The position numbers and the translations under genes are program-made. Below, one piece after another: positions 10,830 to 21,763 of a stretch of DNA of 64,000 nt. The first letter of the stretch is position 1, and each line of letters starts with the position of its first letter. The notes under the pieces are model-generated. The model searched no databases. It was not told the origin of the DNA and saw only the letters and a list, made by a program, of their open reading frames with translations. The stretch is from Candidatus Marinacidobacterales bacterium (lineage in GTDB: Bacteria; Acidobacteriota; Vicinamibacteria; Marinacidobacterales; DATDRI01): contig CBDCNP010000002.1 in assembly GCA_965219415.1 (NCBI GenBank), positions 4,544,001 through 4,608,000 on the forward strand, read 5' to 3'.

Positions 10830-11154
10830 CGCGTCACGGATCCGTTCCGGTTCTCGTGGAAATAAGAATGGCGTAACCTCCTGGTTGCCTAAAACCAAAC
10901 CTGCCTAGAAAGGCGAGGAGGAGGATTATGTCATGAAAGAAGGCTTGTGATCCGCAAAAAAGAAGATCGCGTATCGACGGGCAGACAGCCAAGAGAGGGA
11001 GGTTCTGCGAACTCGTCTTCGCCTCTGTAGAAATTCTGCGCGCTGTCGACGCCGGACCACCGACGCAATAACGTGCTCAAGAAAGAACGCGTTGTTCGCC
11101 GCGAGAAGCTAGGTCAGTCAGGCGACGCGCGACAACCGGTAATCGTGATGGAAC

Positions 11155-11334
11155 CCCGTCCTGTGCCAAAACTCGGCCCTTTTGAAATAGCCCATAAATC
11201 AGCAACTTAGAGTCTGTGTTTGTGGCCGTGCCCAGGGCCGGGCACGAACGAACGACGAAATCATGCAGGCATGGTGCCGGCAGACCGGGGATCAATCAAG
11301 TTCGGTGCGCGCGGATGAATAAATAGAAGGCACA
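11155..11334. mobile_element. Hybrid mini-element: CCCGTCCTGTGCC end fused to an inverted TGTGCCTTCTATTT end
   Basis: Both halves recur in the window. Confidence 0.75.
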
Positions 11335-11372
11335 GGTGTGTGAGATAGCTCAAACCGTAAAAAGTTGATCGC

Positions 11373-11684
<312 letters not shown>

Positions 11685-11691
11685 TCACGGG

Positions 11692-12978
11692 CTAAGGGTC
11701 TTGAGTCGTTTGTGTTTTTGGACACGACGGGTGCTCCCATTTTTTTTCAACATCAACCTCGCTAATTGCGACGCTGCTCTCGGTGATTGTGTTCAGCACA
11801 GCTTCAAGCCGGGAATAGTCATACGAGGATTTACGCGATTTCTGTCCAAGGAAATTGCGCAGGTAGCGTGACTTACCCTCCAGTTCACCCTGATAGGCAT
11901 CGGCCTTGGCGTTGTAACTGGTCCAGCGCACGCGAGCCCCGGCGTCCAGATCCAGGTAGCACTCGATTGCCGCTCCGCAGCCATTGATGTCGGCTCTATG
12001 TTCGCCGTTCGGTCCTATCGCCTGAAAAGATCTGAGGTCAGGAAGATCGGGTAGCTTTAAGATGCATATGTTCGGCAAGACTTTGAGTTCCCTACAGCGT
12101 TTGTAATTAGCAACGCCTTCTGCATCGTTGTCGAAGAGAACCAGAATCTTGTTTTGCACTGAGATGCTGATGAGGCCCTGCACGAACCGGAACAAGTTCC
12201 CAGTGCCCGAAAACGGGTAGCCTTCCTCCATGTCAACGAAATCAAAGAAGTCTGCCACATGCGGGCGCAACATCTTCAAGGCATGTCGAAGGATCGCCGC
12301 GTCCGAGCTGCCCTCTGTTACGATTAGGAAACGGTCAACAGGATCAAGCGGCCGAACGAAGTCTTCGCGGCGCGCGTAACCGCCTTGCTCGATGTCATTG
12401 AATGCCCACTGCACCGGCAGGTCGCACGCACGAGAGTTGCGGGCGAGTAAGTGTAGGATGGTGTAGGCGCTCAGGTTTTCCATAGCCTCTGATATAGCGC
12501 CGCCTTTACCCAGGTCGGCCTCTATGCGCTTGTCTAGACCGAGACGGGGTGCAAGCTCGCGCCGAAAGAACTTTCCGAAGTCCTCGCCGCCCTCGCCATA
12601 ATTGGCTGATATGGTGTTTAAATCGACACCTGCCAGAGCATCGCGCATATGCCCAAAGCAAAAGCGGGTCATGTCAAATCCAATGAATGCCGCAAGAAAG
12701 GCAAACTCCCGTTTGCACTGTTTGTAGGTATGTCCAAGCAGATTGAGGCGGTCTATGACTTGGGACAGAGGTTTCGACAAACCTTCTTCTAACTCGACGA
12801 TGGGCTTCCATTTTGTATCGCCTTCAAAGTCGGTGCCGTCTTCCTCACCAACGTAATAATAGGGAACATTCGCGACGTCAGTCTCCCCCTGAAACAGAGC
12901 GGAGTGGTCGCGGAAAACACTGTTCTTGCCCCAATCAATTTCAAGGCGGCCAACAGCCAAGTGAATCATCGAGCCCAT
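11692..12978 (-). CDS. HEPN/Toprim-associated N-terminal domain + Toprim protein
   Basis: MGSMIHLAVGRLEIDWGKN start; LIVTEGSSD and LFDNDAEG Toprim motifs; the last codons come from an IS-end stub. Confidence 0.8.
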   Translation of the reverse strand: MGSMIHLAVGRLEIDWGKNSVFRDHSALFQGETDVANVPYYYVGEEDGTDFEGDTKWKPIVELEEGLSKPLSQVIDRLNLLGHTYKQCKREFAFLAAFIGFDMTRFCFGHMRDALAGVDLNTISANYGEGGEDFGKFFRRELAPRLGLDKRIEADLGKGGAISEAMENLSAYTILHLLARNSRACDLPVQWAFNDIEQGGYARREDFVRPLDPVDRFLIVTEGSSDAAILRHALKMLRPHVADFFDFVDMEEGYPFSGTGNLFRFVQGLISISVQNKILVLFDNDAEGVANYKRCRELKVLPNICILKLPDLPDLRSFQAIGPNGEHRADINGCGAAIECYLDLDAGARVRWTSYNAKADAYQGELEGKSRYLRNFLGQKSRKSSYDYSRLEAVLNTITESSVAISEVDVEKKWEHPSCPKTQTTQDP

Positions 12979-13020
12979 GTCGTTGTCTTATAGACTGGTA
13001 TTTTCCAATTGGTTCGTCAA

Positions 13021-13476
13021 TCAATAGCCGCCTACGATGTCAGATGCATTGAATAGTTGGATGACGGCTTGACGCGAGCCGGGCTTCCTTCTCAGAAGGT
13101 CTATGACGTTCGCTACTTGGTCAATATCCCCTCCGAACAATCGTGGCCCGTATGCTCCCCAAAGGCTAGATCCTTCAGCAAGATCTCTGTACCGCGATAA
13201 GTAATACGAAATGAAATCAACGTCGTCACTTTTTTCTAAGTACCAGCAGAGCTCCCCAAGACAACTGAAAGGCTTTCCACGTGTCTCGGTTCGGCTTAAA
13301 CGAGATCTCGGATTCGTGAGTTCGAGCAGCACGCCAGTCAATTCTCGATTAGGACCTTTAGACGATTGAATTGGCTCGCCGTGTGATAGGAGCTCTTCGA
13401 TGACGCGGCGCATCACATCATCAAGTGTGGCCGCGGCGAAAAGTTTTGGCACAGGACAGGAAGAGAGTTCAGACAT
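13021..13476 (-). pseudogene. Truncated thymidylate synthase-like gene
   Basis: LGELCWYL, GAYGPRLF, QVANVIDLLRRKPGSRQAVI; stops before the catalytic PC motif. Confidence 0.75.
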
Positions 13477-13616
13477 CAACGACGCCTCGAGATCGATTTC
13501 ACGAGCATCGCCCTCCCGGTTCTGTCGCAGCGAGTTTGCGACTTCTTTTTTGCGGACGACAGCCCGTATGCAGGCGATCTGGGCTAGAACCGCTGCCAGG
13601 AAGACGCGAAAACAAC

Positions 13617-14864
13617 TCAAACGACGCCGGACACGCGCAACAGCTGGAACGCTCCCAGCCCAATGACGACGAGCACCACTGCGCCCGCGAGCAAGTTGGC
13701 AAACCATCTGTTCCGATGGCGCCCGAGCAGTGACCGGTCGTTCACGACGACGAGCAGGAAGATGGCGATGAGCGGCAGCAGGAGCCCGTTCGCAGCCTGC
13801 GCGAGGAGGATGGCTTCGGTGGGGCTGCCGCCCGAGAGCGACAAGGCGACACCGACGACGATGACCAGGATCCATACGCTGCGAAAGGCGGTGGACCTCA
13901 TGTCGCGGTCCATGCCGAGCGCGCCCGTCGTCGCATAGGCCGCTGCCAGAGGTGCTGTGATCGCACTGGTGAGGCCGGCGGCGAAGAGGCCGAGGCCAAA
14001 GAACGTTTTCGCGGCGGAGCCTAGGATGGGCTCGAGTACCCCCGTCACCATGAGTGCGTCGGCCTGTTCGATGCCTCGGCCAAAAAGTGGTGTGGCGGTC
14101 ACGACGATCGCAAGCGTCACCGCACCTCCGAGGGTCACGGACAAATATGTATCGAGCCGAGCGGCCGGGAGGGCTTCGTCGGCCGGAACCTCCGAGGACC
14201 ACTTCTCCTGAACGGCGCTCGCGTGCAAAAAGAGGTTGTACGGGACCACGGTGGTTCCGATGAGGGCGATGATGGTGACGAGCGAGCCGGCTGGGATCTG
14301 CGGGACCAGCATGCCCTTGAGGAGCTCTCCCGGAGCGGGCCCGACCATGACCGCGGTGAAGAGAAACACGGCACTCATGACCACGACCAGCGCCACCAAG
14401 ACGCTCTGTATCACGCGATAGGTGCCCGAGCCGAGGAGGACGGTCGCAGCGACCGCGATCACGACCGCCCAGGCTCTGGGTGTCCAGCCGAGCGTCAGCT
14501 CGAGCCCCAGCGAGGCGCCGAGCAGGTTTCCCGCCTCGTAGGCGGCGTTGCCAACCGTAATGGCGAGCGCCACCAGCCCGAGTGCCGCGTAGCGCAGGAG
14601 TGGTCGACGAAAGCTCTGACGGATTGCGTCGCTCAATCCCGAGCGGCGGACGATCCCCAGGCGAGCGGCCATTTCCTGCAGAACGGCAGTAGCGATGACC
14701 GAGAAGACGACGGCCCAGAGCAACGCGAAGCCGTAGCGTGCCCCGGCGTGTGAGGAGGTAACGATGGTTCCCGGACCGATGAAGGCTGCGGTCACGAGAA
14801 GGCCGGGACCTAGGCTTCGGAGTGTCGCCGCGAGCTTGCCCACCGGAGCGATATGCTGTATCAC
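13617..14864 (-). CDS. NRAMP-family divalent metal transporter
   Basis: LGPGLLVTAAFIGPGT, QEMAARLG, IGTTVVPYNLFLH; many TM helices. Confidence 0.88.
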   Translation of the reverse strand: MIQHIAPVGKLAATLRSLGPGLLVTAAFIGPGTIVTSSHAGARYGFALLWAVVFSVIATAVLQEMAARLGIVRRSGLSDAIRQSFRRPLLRYAALGLVALAITVGNAAYEAGNLLGASLGLELTLGWTPRAWAVVIAVAATVLLGSGTYRVIQSVLVALVVVMSAVFLFTAVMVGPAPGELLKGMLVPQIPAGSLVTIIALIGTTVVPYNLFLHASAVQEKWSSEVPADEALPAARLDTYLSVTLGGAVTLAIVVTATPLFGRGIEQADALMVTGVLEPILGSAAKTFFGLGLFAAGLTSAITAPLAAAYATTGALGMDRDMRSTAFRSVWILVIVVGVALSLSGGSPTEAILLAQAANGLLLPLIAIFLLVVVNDRSLLGRHRNRWFANLLAGAVVLVVIGLGAFQLLRVSGVV

Positions 14865-14874
14865 ATGGTTGTCG

Positions 14875-15286
14875 TCGTGTCCAAAAATACAAACGAACTC
14901 AAGACCCCGCGCGCCGGGGCGTTTCGGATTAGAGGCGCCTAGGCTTGGTTCGCCAATGGAAGCTAGAATCCCCGGTCATGAGGACGCCGATCCAGCCCTT
15001 GACACTGTTGCTAGTCGCTATCGCTGGTTGGATCCAGCGTGACCAACAGGCGGCTATTGCGTCGTGTCCAAAAATACAAACGAACTCAAGACCGGCTCGC
15101 CCGGACGTTTCGTAATAAACGTGTCTACGCTTAGTTGGCCAATGGGAGCTAGAATCCTCGGTCATGATCACGCCGGTCCAGCCCTTGTTGGTGAGATGAC
15201 GCTAAGACCCTACGGTGCATTAAATTACAGCCAAAATAGCATTCGTGACCTTCGCTGCGTGCTAAATGGAGCGTAAGCGCCTCTTT
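14875..15286 (+). mobile_element. Two tandem CGTCGTGTCCAAAAATAC left-end stubs followed by a partial MITE
   Basis: First stub encodes MRTPIQPLTLLLVAIAGWIQRDQQ, an rve-IS N-terminus. Confidence 0.78.
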
Positions 15287-15443
15287 TGGACTTGACCCGC
15301 TTTCGTGGACACCTAATCCTTTGGGAGACAGGAGTCCACGATGTCAAAGCAGGGAAACAGATACGCGGCCGAATTCCGGCGCCAAATGGTAGAGCTGGTG
15401 CGAGCTGGCCGCGGCCCCGAAGAGCTGGCGAGAGAGTTTGAGC
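15287..15443 (+). mobile_element. IS3 left end and orfA start, truncated by rve IS copy 3
   Basis: Near-identical to 17499-17655. Confidence 0.85.
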
Positions 15444-16728
15444 TGTGCATCGTCAAAACTGCTCCGCCCACGAAATCAAGGACTTACGCTCCGCTTGAAT
15501 TCCGGGCCGAAGACGGCGAAACTCCGTCGCTATGCTCAACGTTGTTGTCTTCCTCGTCTCACTTGGCGTCCGTGCCATTCGGGCGATGTGTCGGTACCGC
15601 GCCGACCTGGTGTTGGAGAACGTCGCTTTGCGGCAGCAAGTGACGGCGCTGAAGAAAGAGCGCCCACGCCCACCGCTCGAAGACACGGAACGGGCTTTCT
15701 GGGTTGCCCTTCGAGGTTCGTGGCCCGTGTGGGCGAGCCGCCTGCTCATCGTCCACGCGGACACCGTAGCCCGTTGGCATCGCGACCGATTCCGACGGTA
15801 CTGGGCAAAGATCTCGCAGCGCCGCCATCCCGGTCGGCCTCGGATTGATGCCGAGATTCGTCGCCTCGTCCGCACGATGGCGCAAGACGGCTGGGGGGCG
15901 CCACGCATCCATGCTGAGCTCACCAAGCTCGGTTTCATCATCTCCGAGATCACGGTGTCGCGATACCTGCCGCGGCGTCCCGCGGAACCCGACCAGCTGA
16001 AACGATGGATGGCTTTCTTGCGCAACCATAAAGACGATATCGTCGCCATGGATCTGTTCACCGTGCCCACCGCGTCGCTCCGGCTGCTGTACGGCTTCTT
16101 CGTCATCGAGCACGGTCGTCGGCACATCGTTCACTTCAACGCCACGTTCCATCCGACGTCTGCTTGGGTTATTCAGCAACTACGCGAGGCATTTCCCTAC
16201 GACACCGCTCCGAGATATCTCATCTTCGATCGCGACTTCATCTTTAACGCTGCGGTCATCGAGTTCATCAAGGCAACGGGCACAAAACCCGTTCGCACTT
16301 CGTTTCGCAGCCCATGGCAAAACGGAACCGCGGAGCGGTGGGTCGGCAGCTGCCGCCGCGAGCTCCTTGAGCACGTCGTGGTTCTCGGCGCATGTCATCT
16401 CATCCGGCTCGTGCGAGCTTACATCAGCTACTATCATGAGGACCGTTGCCACTTGGGGCTGAACAAGGACACACCGAGCTTGAGAGCGGTCACGCACCGA
16501 CCGTCTCCTACGGCGAAAGTAGTCGCACTGCCGCGAGTCGGTGGACTGCACCATCGATACGAGTGGCGAGAGGCAGCCTGAGTCAGCTTGGTCGCTCGCG
16601 TTACTCGGCTGGTCGCCGAGAAGTTCGTCCTCAGCACCTTCCCTCGCGCGCTGACCACGCTCTCCAGCATGTGCTCGAGGGCGGTCCGGCCCTAGAGTCC
16701 AGTCCCGGATTAATAATGATGATGGACA
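15444..16728 (+). mobile_element. 1285-bp rve IS, copy 3 (transposase 15532-16581)
   Basis: Same termini and ORF as copy 1. Confidence 0.9.
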
Positions 16729-16746
16729 CGTTATAATCGGGGCCCC

Positions 16747-17430
16747 ATGAAACGCTACCTGGCTGAATCCATTGGTACCTTTGCGCTCGTGTTCGCGGGC
16801 ACCGCCGCCATCGTCATTAACGAGCTCAACGGGGGAGTTATTTCCCATGTAGGCGTGGCCCTCACGTTCGGTCTGGTGGTCATGGCAATGATCTATTCGG
16901 TGGGGGACGTTTCCGGTGCGCATTTGAACCCCGCCGTGACACTAGGGTTCTGGGCCTCGGGGCGAATGTCGCGCCGTGAGGTTGCGCCCTACGTCGTTAG
17001 TCAGTCCGGAGGTGCCCTCGCTGCCAGCCTCATCGTTCGTGCGTTGTTTCTGGAGAGCCAGACCGTCGGCGCGACAATTCCCGCTGGTCGGGCTTCGCAG
17101 TCTTTCGTTCTCGAGGTGCTCCTCGCATCCATTCTGATGTTCGTGATTCTCGGCGTTTCCACCGGCGCAAAAGAGAAGGGCCTATTGGCAGGAGTCGCCG
17201 TAGGTGGAGCCGTCGCCCTAGGGTCTCTCTTAGGGGGACCCGTCTCTGGTGCCTCGATGAATCCTGCGCGCTCCCTCGGACCCGGGTTGGTGAGTGGACA
17301 CGTCCAAGCTCTTTGGATCTATCTCACGGCTCCGGTGCTCGGCGCTCTCCTAGCGGTCGGCGGTTGTCGCTGTGTGCGGGACTCGGAATGCTGTAACCCG
17401 AGCAACGCCAATATTCAGATAGAATCTTGA
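16747..17430 (+). CDS. MIP-family aquaporin
   Basis: Two NPA boxes: SGAHLNPAVT and GASMNPARS. Confidence 0.92.
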   Translation: MKRYLAESIGTFALVFAGTAAIVINELNGGVISHVGVALTFGLVVMAMIYSVGDVSGAHLNPAVTLGFWASGRMSRREVAPYVVSQSGGALAASLIVRALFLESQTVGATIPAGRASQSFVLEVLLASILMFVILGVSTGAKEKGLLAGVAVGGAVALGSLLGGPVSGASMNPARSLGPGLVSGHVQALWIYLTAPVLGALLAVGGCRCVRDSECCNPSNANIQIES

Positions 17431-17498
17431 CCTCTTTCTCTTGCGTCTGGTCCAAATGGTGCTTCCGCAGTCAAGTGTTGGCGGCCGCCGCGTAACCT

Positions 17499-18756
17499 TG
17501 GACTTGACCCGCTTTCGTGGACACCTAATCCTTTGGGAGACAGGAGTCCACGATGTCAAAGCAGGGAAACAGATACGCGGCCGAATTCCGGCGCCAAATG
17601 GTAGAGCTGGTGCGAGCTGGCCGCGGCTCCGAAGAGCTGGCGCGAGAGTTTGAGCCCTCGGGCCAGACGATCCGGAACTGGGTGAACCAGGCGGATCTCG
17701 ACGAGGGTCGCAGGCAGGACGGTCTGACGAGTGAGGAGCGTGCGGAGCTCCGCCGCCTGCGACGGGAGAACCGTCAACTACGGTTGGAGCGGGAGATCCT
17801 CTCAAAAGCCGCGGCCTGGTTCGCTCGGGAGACCGAGTCGGTACCACCGAAGCCTTCCGATTCGTGAGGGCGAACCAGGATTCACTACCGGTTGCCACGA
17901 TGTGCCGACTGCTGGACGTCTCCGCCAGCGGCTACTATGCGTGGCTTGAGCGTGCCCCGTCGGCCCGCGCGGTGTCGGATGCGGAGTTGCTTGAGAAGAT
18001 CCGGGCGATTCACACCGCGTCGCGGAGCACGTACGGCGCGCCGAGGATTCTCCACGAGCTACGAGAGACACACGAGCTCCACGTCTCACGCAAGCGTGTA
18101 GCGCGGCTAATGCGCGAGGCTGGCATTCAAGGTGTTCACCGGCGCAAGAGGGCGCACACTACGATTCGCTGTGACGACGCCCGTCCCGCCCCCGATCTCG
18201 TCGACAGGAATTTCGAGGTGGACCGGCCCGACCGCCTGTGGGTCGCCGATATCACCTACGTGCCCACGTGGTCGGGCTTCTTGTTCCTCGCCGTCGTGCT
18301 GGACGCCTTCAGCCGACGCATCGTCGGATGGGCAATGGCTACCCACCTGCGGACGTCGCTCGTCTTGAGCGCCCTCGACATGGCGCTGTTCCAACGCAAG
18401 CCCGGCGACGTCATCCATCACTCGGACCAGGGCACGCAGTACACGTCACTAGCGTTCGGCCAGCGATGCCGGGAGGCCGGGGTGCGACCGTCGATGGGTT
18501 CGGTCGGGGACTGTTACGACAATGCGATGTGCGAGAGCTTCTTCGCGACGCTCGAGTGCGAGCTGATCGAGCGCCGGTCGTTTCGCTACCACGCTGAGGC
18601 GCGCATGGCGACCTTCGATTTCATCGAAGGCTGGTACAACCCGCGACGACGACACTCCGCCATCGACTATTGCTCGCCTATCCAATTCGAAAGGAGGTAC
18701 TATCGCGACGCTTGATCCCTAACTCTTAACCTGTCCACGAAAGCGGGGTCACTTCA
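17499..18756 (+). mobile_element. IS3-family element (orfA 17553-17867, orfB 17864-18715)
   Basis: TG...CA inverted repeats; 3-bp target duplication CCT; WVADITY, HHSDQG and DNAMCESFF DDE motifs. Confidence 0.93.
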
Positions 18757-18968
18757 CCTGTTCGCGTGCTAGAGTTTTAGCCTGATTTCGATAGGCGCAG
18801 TTCTTTCGTCGATGCCGGCTGGGCCGAGTTTTGGCACAGGACGGGAACTATGAGATACGATAGGGTGGGTAGGCGGTGGTTCCAATCCCCCCTGCGGCCA
18901 TCAGGGGTTCCCCACGCCGCCCGCGCCGGGTCCGGCGCGGTTTCCTCTGTGAGTAAGGGAGGCTCCTC

Positions 18969-19443
18969 ATGGTTCGTTTGCTGCTGTTGGCGTTCTTACT
19001 CTCCGCAGCGCCCGTATCGGCCCAATGGTCAATCGAGGAATCACAAGAGACCGACGGCCTCAGATCCAGGCCGACAGCTACTGAGGCCAGTCTCGTGAGC
19101 GACGAGGGGCGGCTCGCTTGGGTGTATGGGTGTGTCCAGGCGCTTTCCGGTCGCAGCTATATTGAAGACCTAGAGCTCTATACCGAACAGAGCGGGAGGA
19201 GTTTAGCGGCGGCACAATACGATATCGCTTCGATGGCGGTCGGTGGCAGCGCGCCCGGTGGAACTCGTTCGGTTACGCGCTGGGGTTCCACTCGTACGAC
19301 GAGATGCGCCGGTTCCTTGGCATGCTCCGCCGCTACAACTTCCTGAGCGTAGAGGTGGAAACAAACAGGGGTCAGGTGGCCAACACCTTCAACCTGGCGG
19401 GCACGATCGCTACGCTGGACGAGATAGCCTGCCCTGACGAGTG
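18969..19443 (+). pseudogene. Putative secreted protein, probably frameshifted
   Basis: Signal-peptide-like MVRLLLLAFLLSAAPVSAQW; frame degrades downstream. Confidence 0.4.
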
Positions 19444-19540
19444 AGCGAACCCCCGCGCGCGCGATGCGGGTCCGTTTCTGAGTTGAGGTTGCCCGTTTCC
19501 GTCTGCCGCTGTTGTCCCGGTCCCATGTTCCGCGGCTGTC

Positions 19541-19706
19541 GGTGCTTCCGCCATCACGTGTTGGTGAGATGACGCTACGACTTTACGGTGCATTAAGTTA
19601 CAGCCAAAATAACGCTCGTGACCTTCGCTTCGCGCTAAATGGGGCGTAAGCGCCTTTTTTGCAAAGGGATGCGTACACATCACCAACAGTAAACAGCGCA
19701 AGCACC
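19541..19706 (+). mobile_element. 166-bp MITE with IS1-like GGT termini (full copy)
   Basis: 27-bp imperfect TIR GGTGCTTCCGC..TGTTGGTGA / GGTGCTTGCGC..TGTTGGTGA; second full copy at 42081-42246. Confidence 0.85.
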
Positions 19707-19742
19707 GCACAGGACGGGATCAAGTCATGGGAGCGTGATGAC

Positions 19743-21632
19743 ATGGCGGCGATATTCGATAAGCATGCGATACCAACTCACGTGTTCAACATTCCTGATT
19801 TAGACTTCCACGAAGATTTGTTTGCCGATCGCCTCGGCAGCCTTTGGTTCAGGCTAGGGGTTTGGACTATCAAATCTCAACGCAATGATCGAGGCGTTGA
19901 AGACGTGATTGAACGGCAAAGCGTCATGCTTACACCTGGACGCTTCTCTGAAATCTACGACAAACTCGAGTCTGTTGGCAATGTGTTCCACAATCTCGGC
20001 GAGCCCGTAGAATCGGTACAACGCGATGGGGACTATAAGAAGTACGCCTATGCCCCGTTTCATCGCTTCGAACTGAGGTTCACTTCGATAGTATGCGAGC
20101 CGCTGGTATCCGTTCGTATCCTGAATTCGGGCATAGAGCTTTTCATCAACCCTGACTTAGAGTTGTTTTTTAAGCTAGAGGAAAAGACGGTCGGGTGCGG
20201 CCTCTGGTGGGACCCACGACGTGGGGTCGAGGCTCTTCGGCGCCGTGTGATTGCGAACAGCAACCTGCAAATCGTTGAGATTCGAGTTGACTACCTGCGG
20301 AAATACTTGCAGGCACGTCAGGTATCATTGCTGGTTGGGCATTATCGCCATCTTCATCTTTTTGATCCCTCACCGAGTACCCTTGAAGCATTTGTGAAGG
20401 AGGACATCGTGCGAGGCTCTCCCGATCAGGGGGCTAAGGCGATCTTCCAAAACTGGGGACTCCGGCAACATAACCCAGAGGAGCAATACCTACAGAGAAG
20501 ACTACATTTGTGGTTTGAAATCAAACCTCCCGAGTCCGACATCGATGATCCATGGGCTGACGAACCATCATTCGATCCCTACGAATTTACTCTACCCACT
20601 CAGGGTGGCCCAGTTGCCCCGGGTCGTTGGAAGCACTTTCGACAAGCCGAAGGACGAGAGTTCGATGGTGGAGCCTGTGACTTCATGGATCGCGTCTACT
20701 TCAGACAGGAAGTGTTATCGAAGTATGAAGGGGCTTCCGGGTTTGACGTTTTGGACAATGGCTCGGTGTCCTGTCGGCACTATTGGGGGCTAGTTCGCAG
20801 TACGTCGCGGATCGGTAACGAACTGCTCGCAACTGCTATTGGCGATTTTGCAGAAGGAGTTCCTTTTGAAGAGTGGCCGCACTGGAAGCAGCACGCCATA
20901 GAACCACCGAGCGTGGAAACCATAAACGCACTTTACGAAGAGCAGACAATACCACATGCAGTAAATTCTCTAGTCGGTGAACTTGATGCATTGAATGCTA
21001 CATTCGCGAGTTTCTCTGATGTGATGAAGGCTGAGATTTCAGTTCCGCTTTGGGGCGGTTCACTCAAAAGTCTGGCTGGCCGCCAGCTCAAGTGGGTCTA
21101 CTCCACGACCGCCGATGACGATGAGTTTCTGAAAAGAGCGACACTTATGTCGACACTGGTCGTTGACGGGCTGGCTGCAAAGTCGCTACGAGAGCTCCTT
21201 CAGGCTTGGGATGAAGGCCTCCACCTCAATGACGGTGGTCAATCTCTGCGTTCCCGGAAACTCCTGGAACGAGTTACGTTCGTTGCTGTGCTGATCGAGG
21301 ATTTCCAGCCGAACAGCGCCGAGATCCCCATGCTAGTAAAGCAGGCAGAAGGTAAAGCCAACAACGCAGGCGACCCTGATCTACAGACCGAACTCAAGAG
21401 TTCGTATCAAAAAACCCGAGAGGATTTGTCTCCGCTGGCTTTCCTCTATGACTTGCGAACACACGGTGGATTTGCTCACTCCCCCAATAGGGAAAAGGTA
21501 GCGACCGCAGCGGCAAAACTCCGTCTTCCTAAAAGGAATTGGCATCGGACTGACTATCTTCAACTTCTCGGACTCGTTGCCGGAAGCGTTAAGCAAGTTA
21601 GTGAGCACCTAGAAACTGCCGCAAAGATGTGA
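19743..21632 (+). CDS. Large hypothetical protein with C-terminal HEPN-like motif
   Basis: Long open frame, lower GC than flanks; LAFLYDLRTHGGFAH near the C-terminus. Confidence 0.7.
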   Translation: MAAIFDKHAIPTHVFNIPDLDFHEDLFADRLGSLWFRLGVWTIKSQRNDRGVEDVIERQSVMLTPGRFSEIYDKLESVGNVFHNLGEPVESVQRDGDYKKYAYAPFHRFELRFTSIVCEPLVSVRILNSGIELFINPDLELFFKLEEKTVGCGLWWDPRRGVEALRRRVIANSNLQIVEIRVDYLRKYLQARQVSLLVGHYRHLHLFDPSPSTLEAFVKEDIVRGSPDQGAKAIFQNWGLRQHNPEEQYLQRRLHLWFEIKPPESDIDDPWADEPSFDPYEFTLPTQGGPVAPGRWKHFRQAEGREFDGGACDFMDRVYFRQEVLSKYEGASGFDVLDNGSVSCRHYWGLVRSTSRIGNELLATAIGDFAEGVPFEEWPHWKQHAIEPPSVETINALYEEQTIPHAVNSLVGELDALNATFASFSDVMKAEISVPLWGGSLKSLAGRQLKWVYSTTADDDEFLKRATLMSTLVVDGLAAKSLRELLQAWDEGLHLNDGGQSLRSRKLLERVTFVAVLIEDFQPNSAEIPMLVKQAEGKANNAGDPDLQTELKSSYQKTREDLSPLAFLYDLRTHGGFAHSPNREKVATAAAKLRLPKRNWHRTDYLQLLGLVAGSVKQVSEHLETAAKM

Positions 21633-21654
21633 ACCACCCCGGGTGGCCGGAGAA

Positions 21655-21763
21655 GGTCACCCATGAAGACGGACGCCTGTTCGTGTATAAGGAACTCTTT
21701 CAGGATTTTCTTATACATACCTGGTCGCTTGGCCGGAACATCGTAGGACACCATTACGAACAT
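21655..21763 (-). pseudogene. cas2: Cas2 (non-I-E type) N-terminal fragment
   Basis: MFVMVSYDVPAKR...KILKEFLIHEQASVFMGDL matches the Cas2 YD...Q.SVF.G pattern. Confidence 0.75.

Noticed and set aside
10956-10975. AAAAAAGAAGATCGCGTA shared with ~45300
   Set aside because: Only ~18 bp with no extension or structure; cannot be assigned.
13021-14892. 623-aa ORF
   Set aside because: Alternative frame of the NRAMP gene running into the TS fragment; only the last ~150 codons are protein-like.
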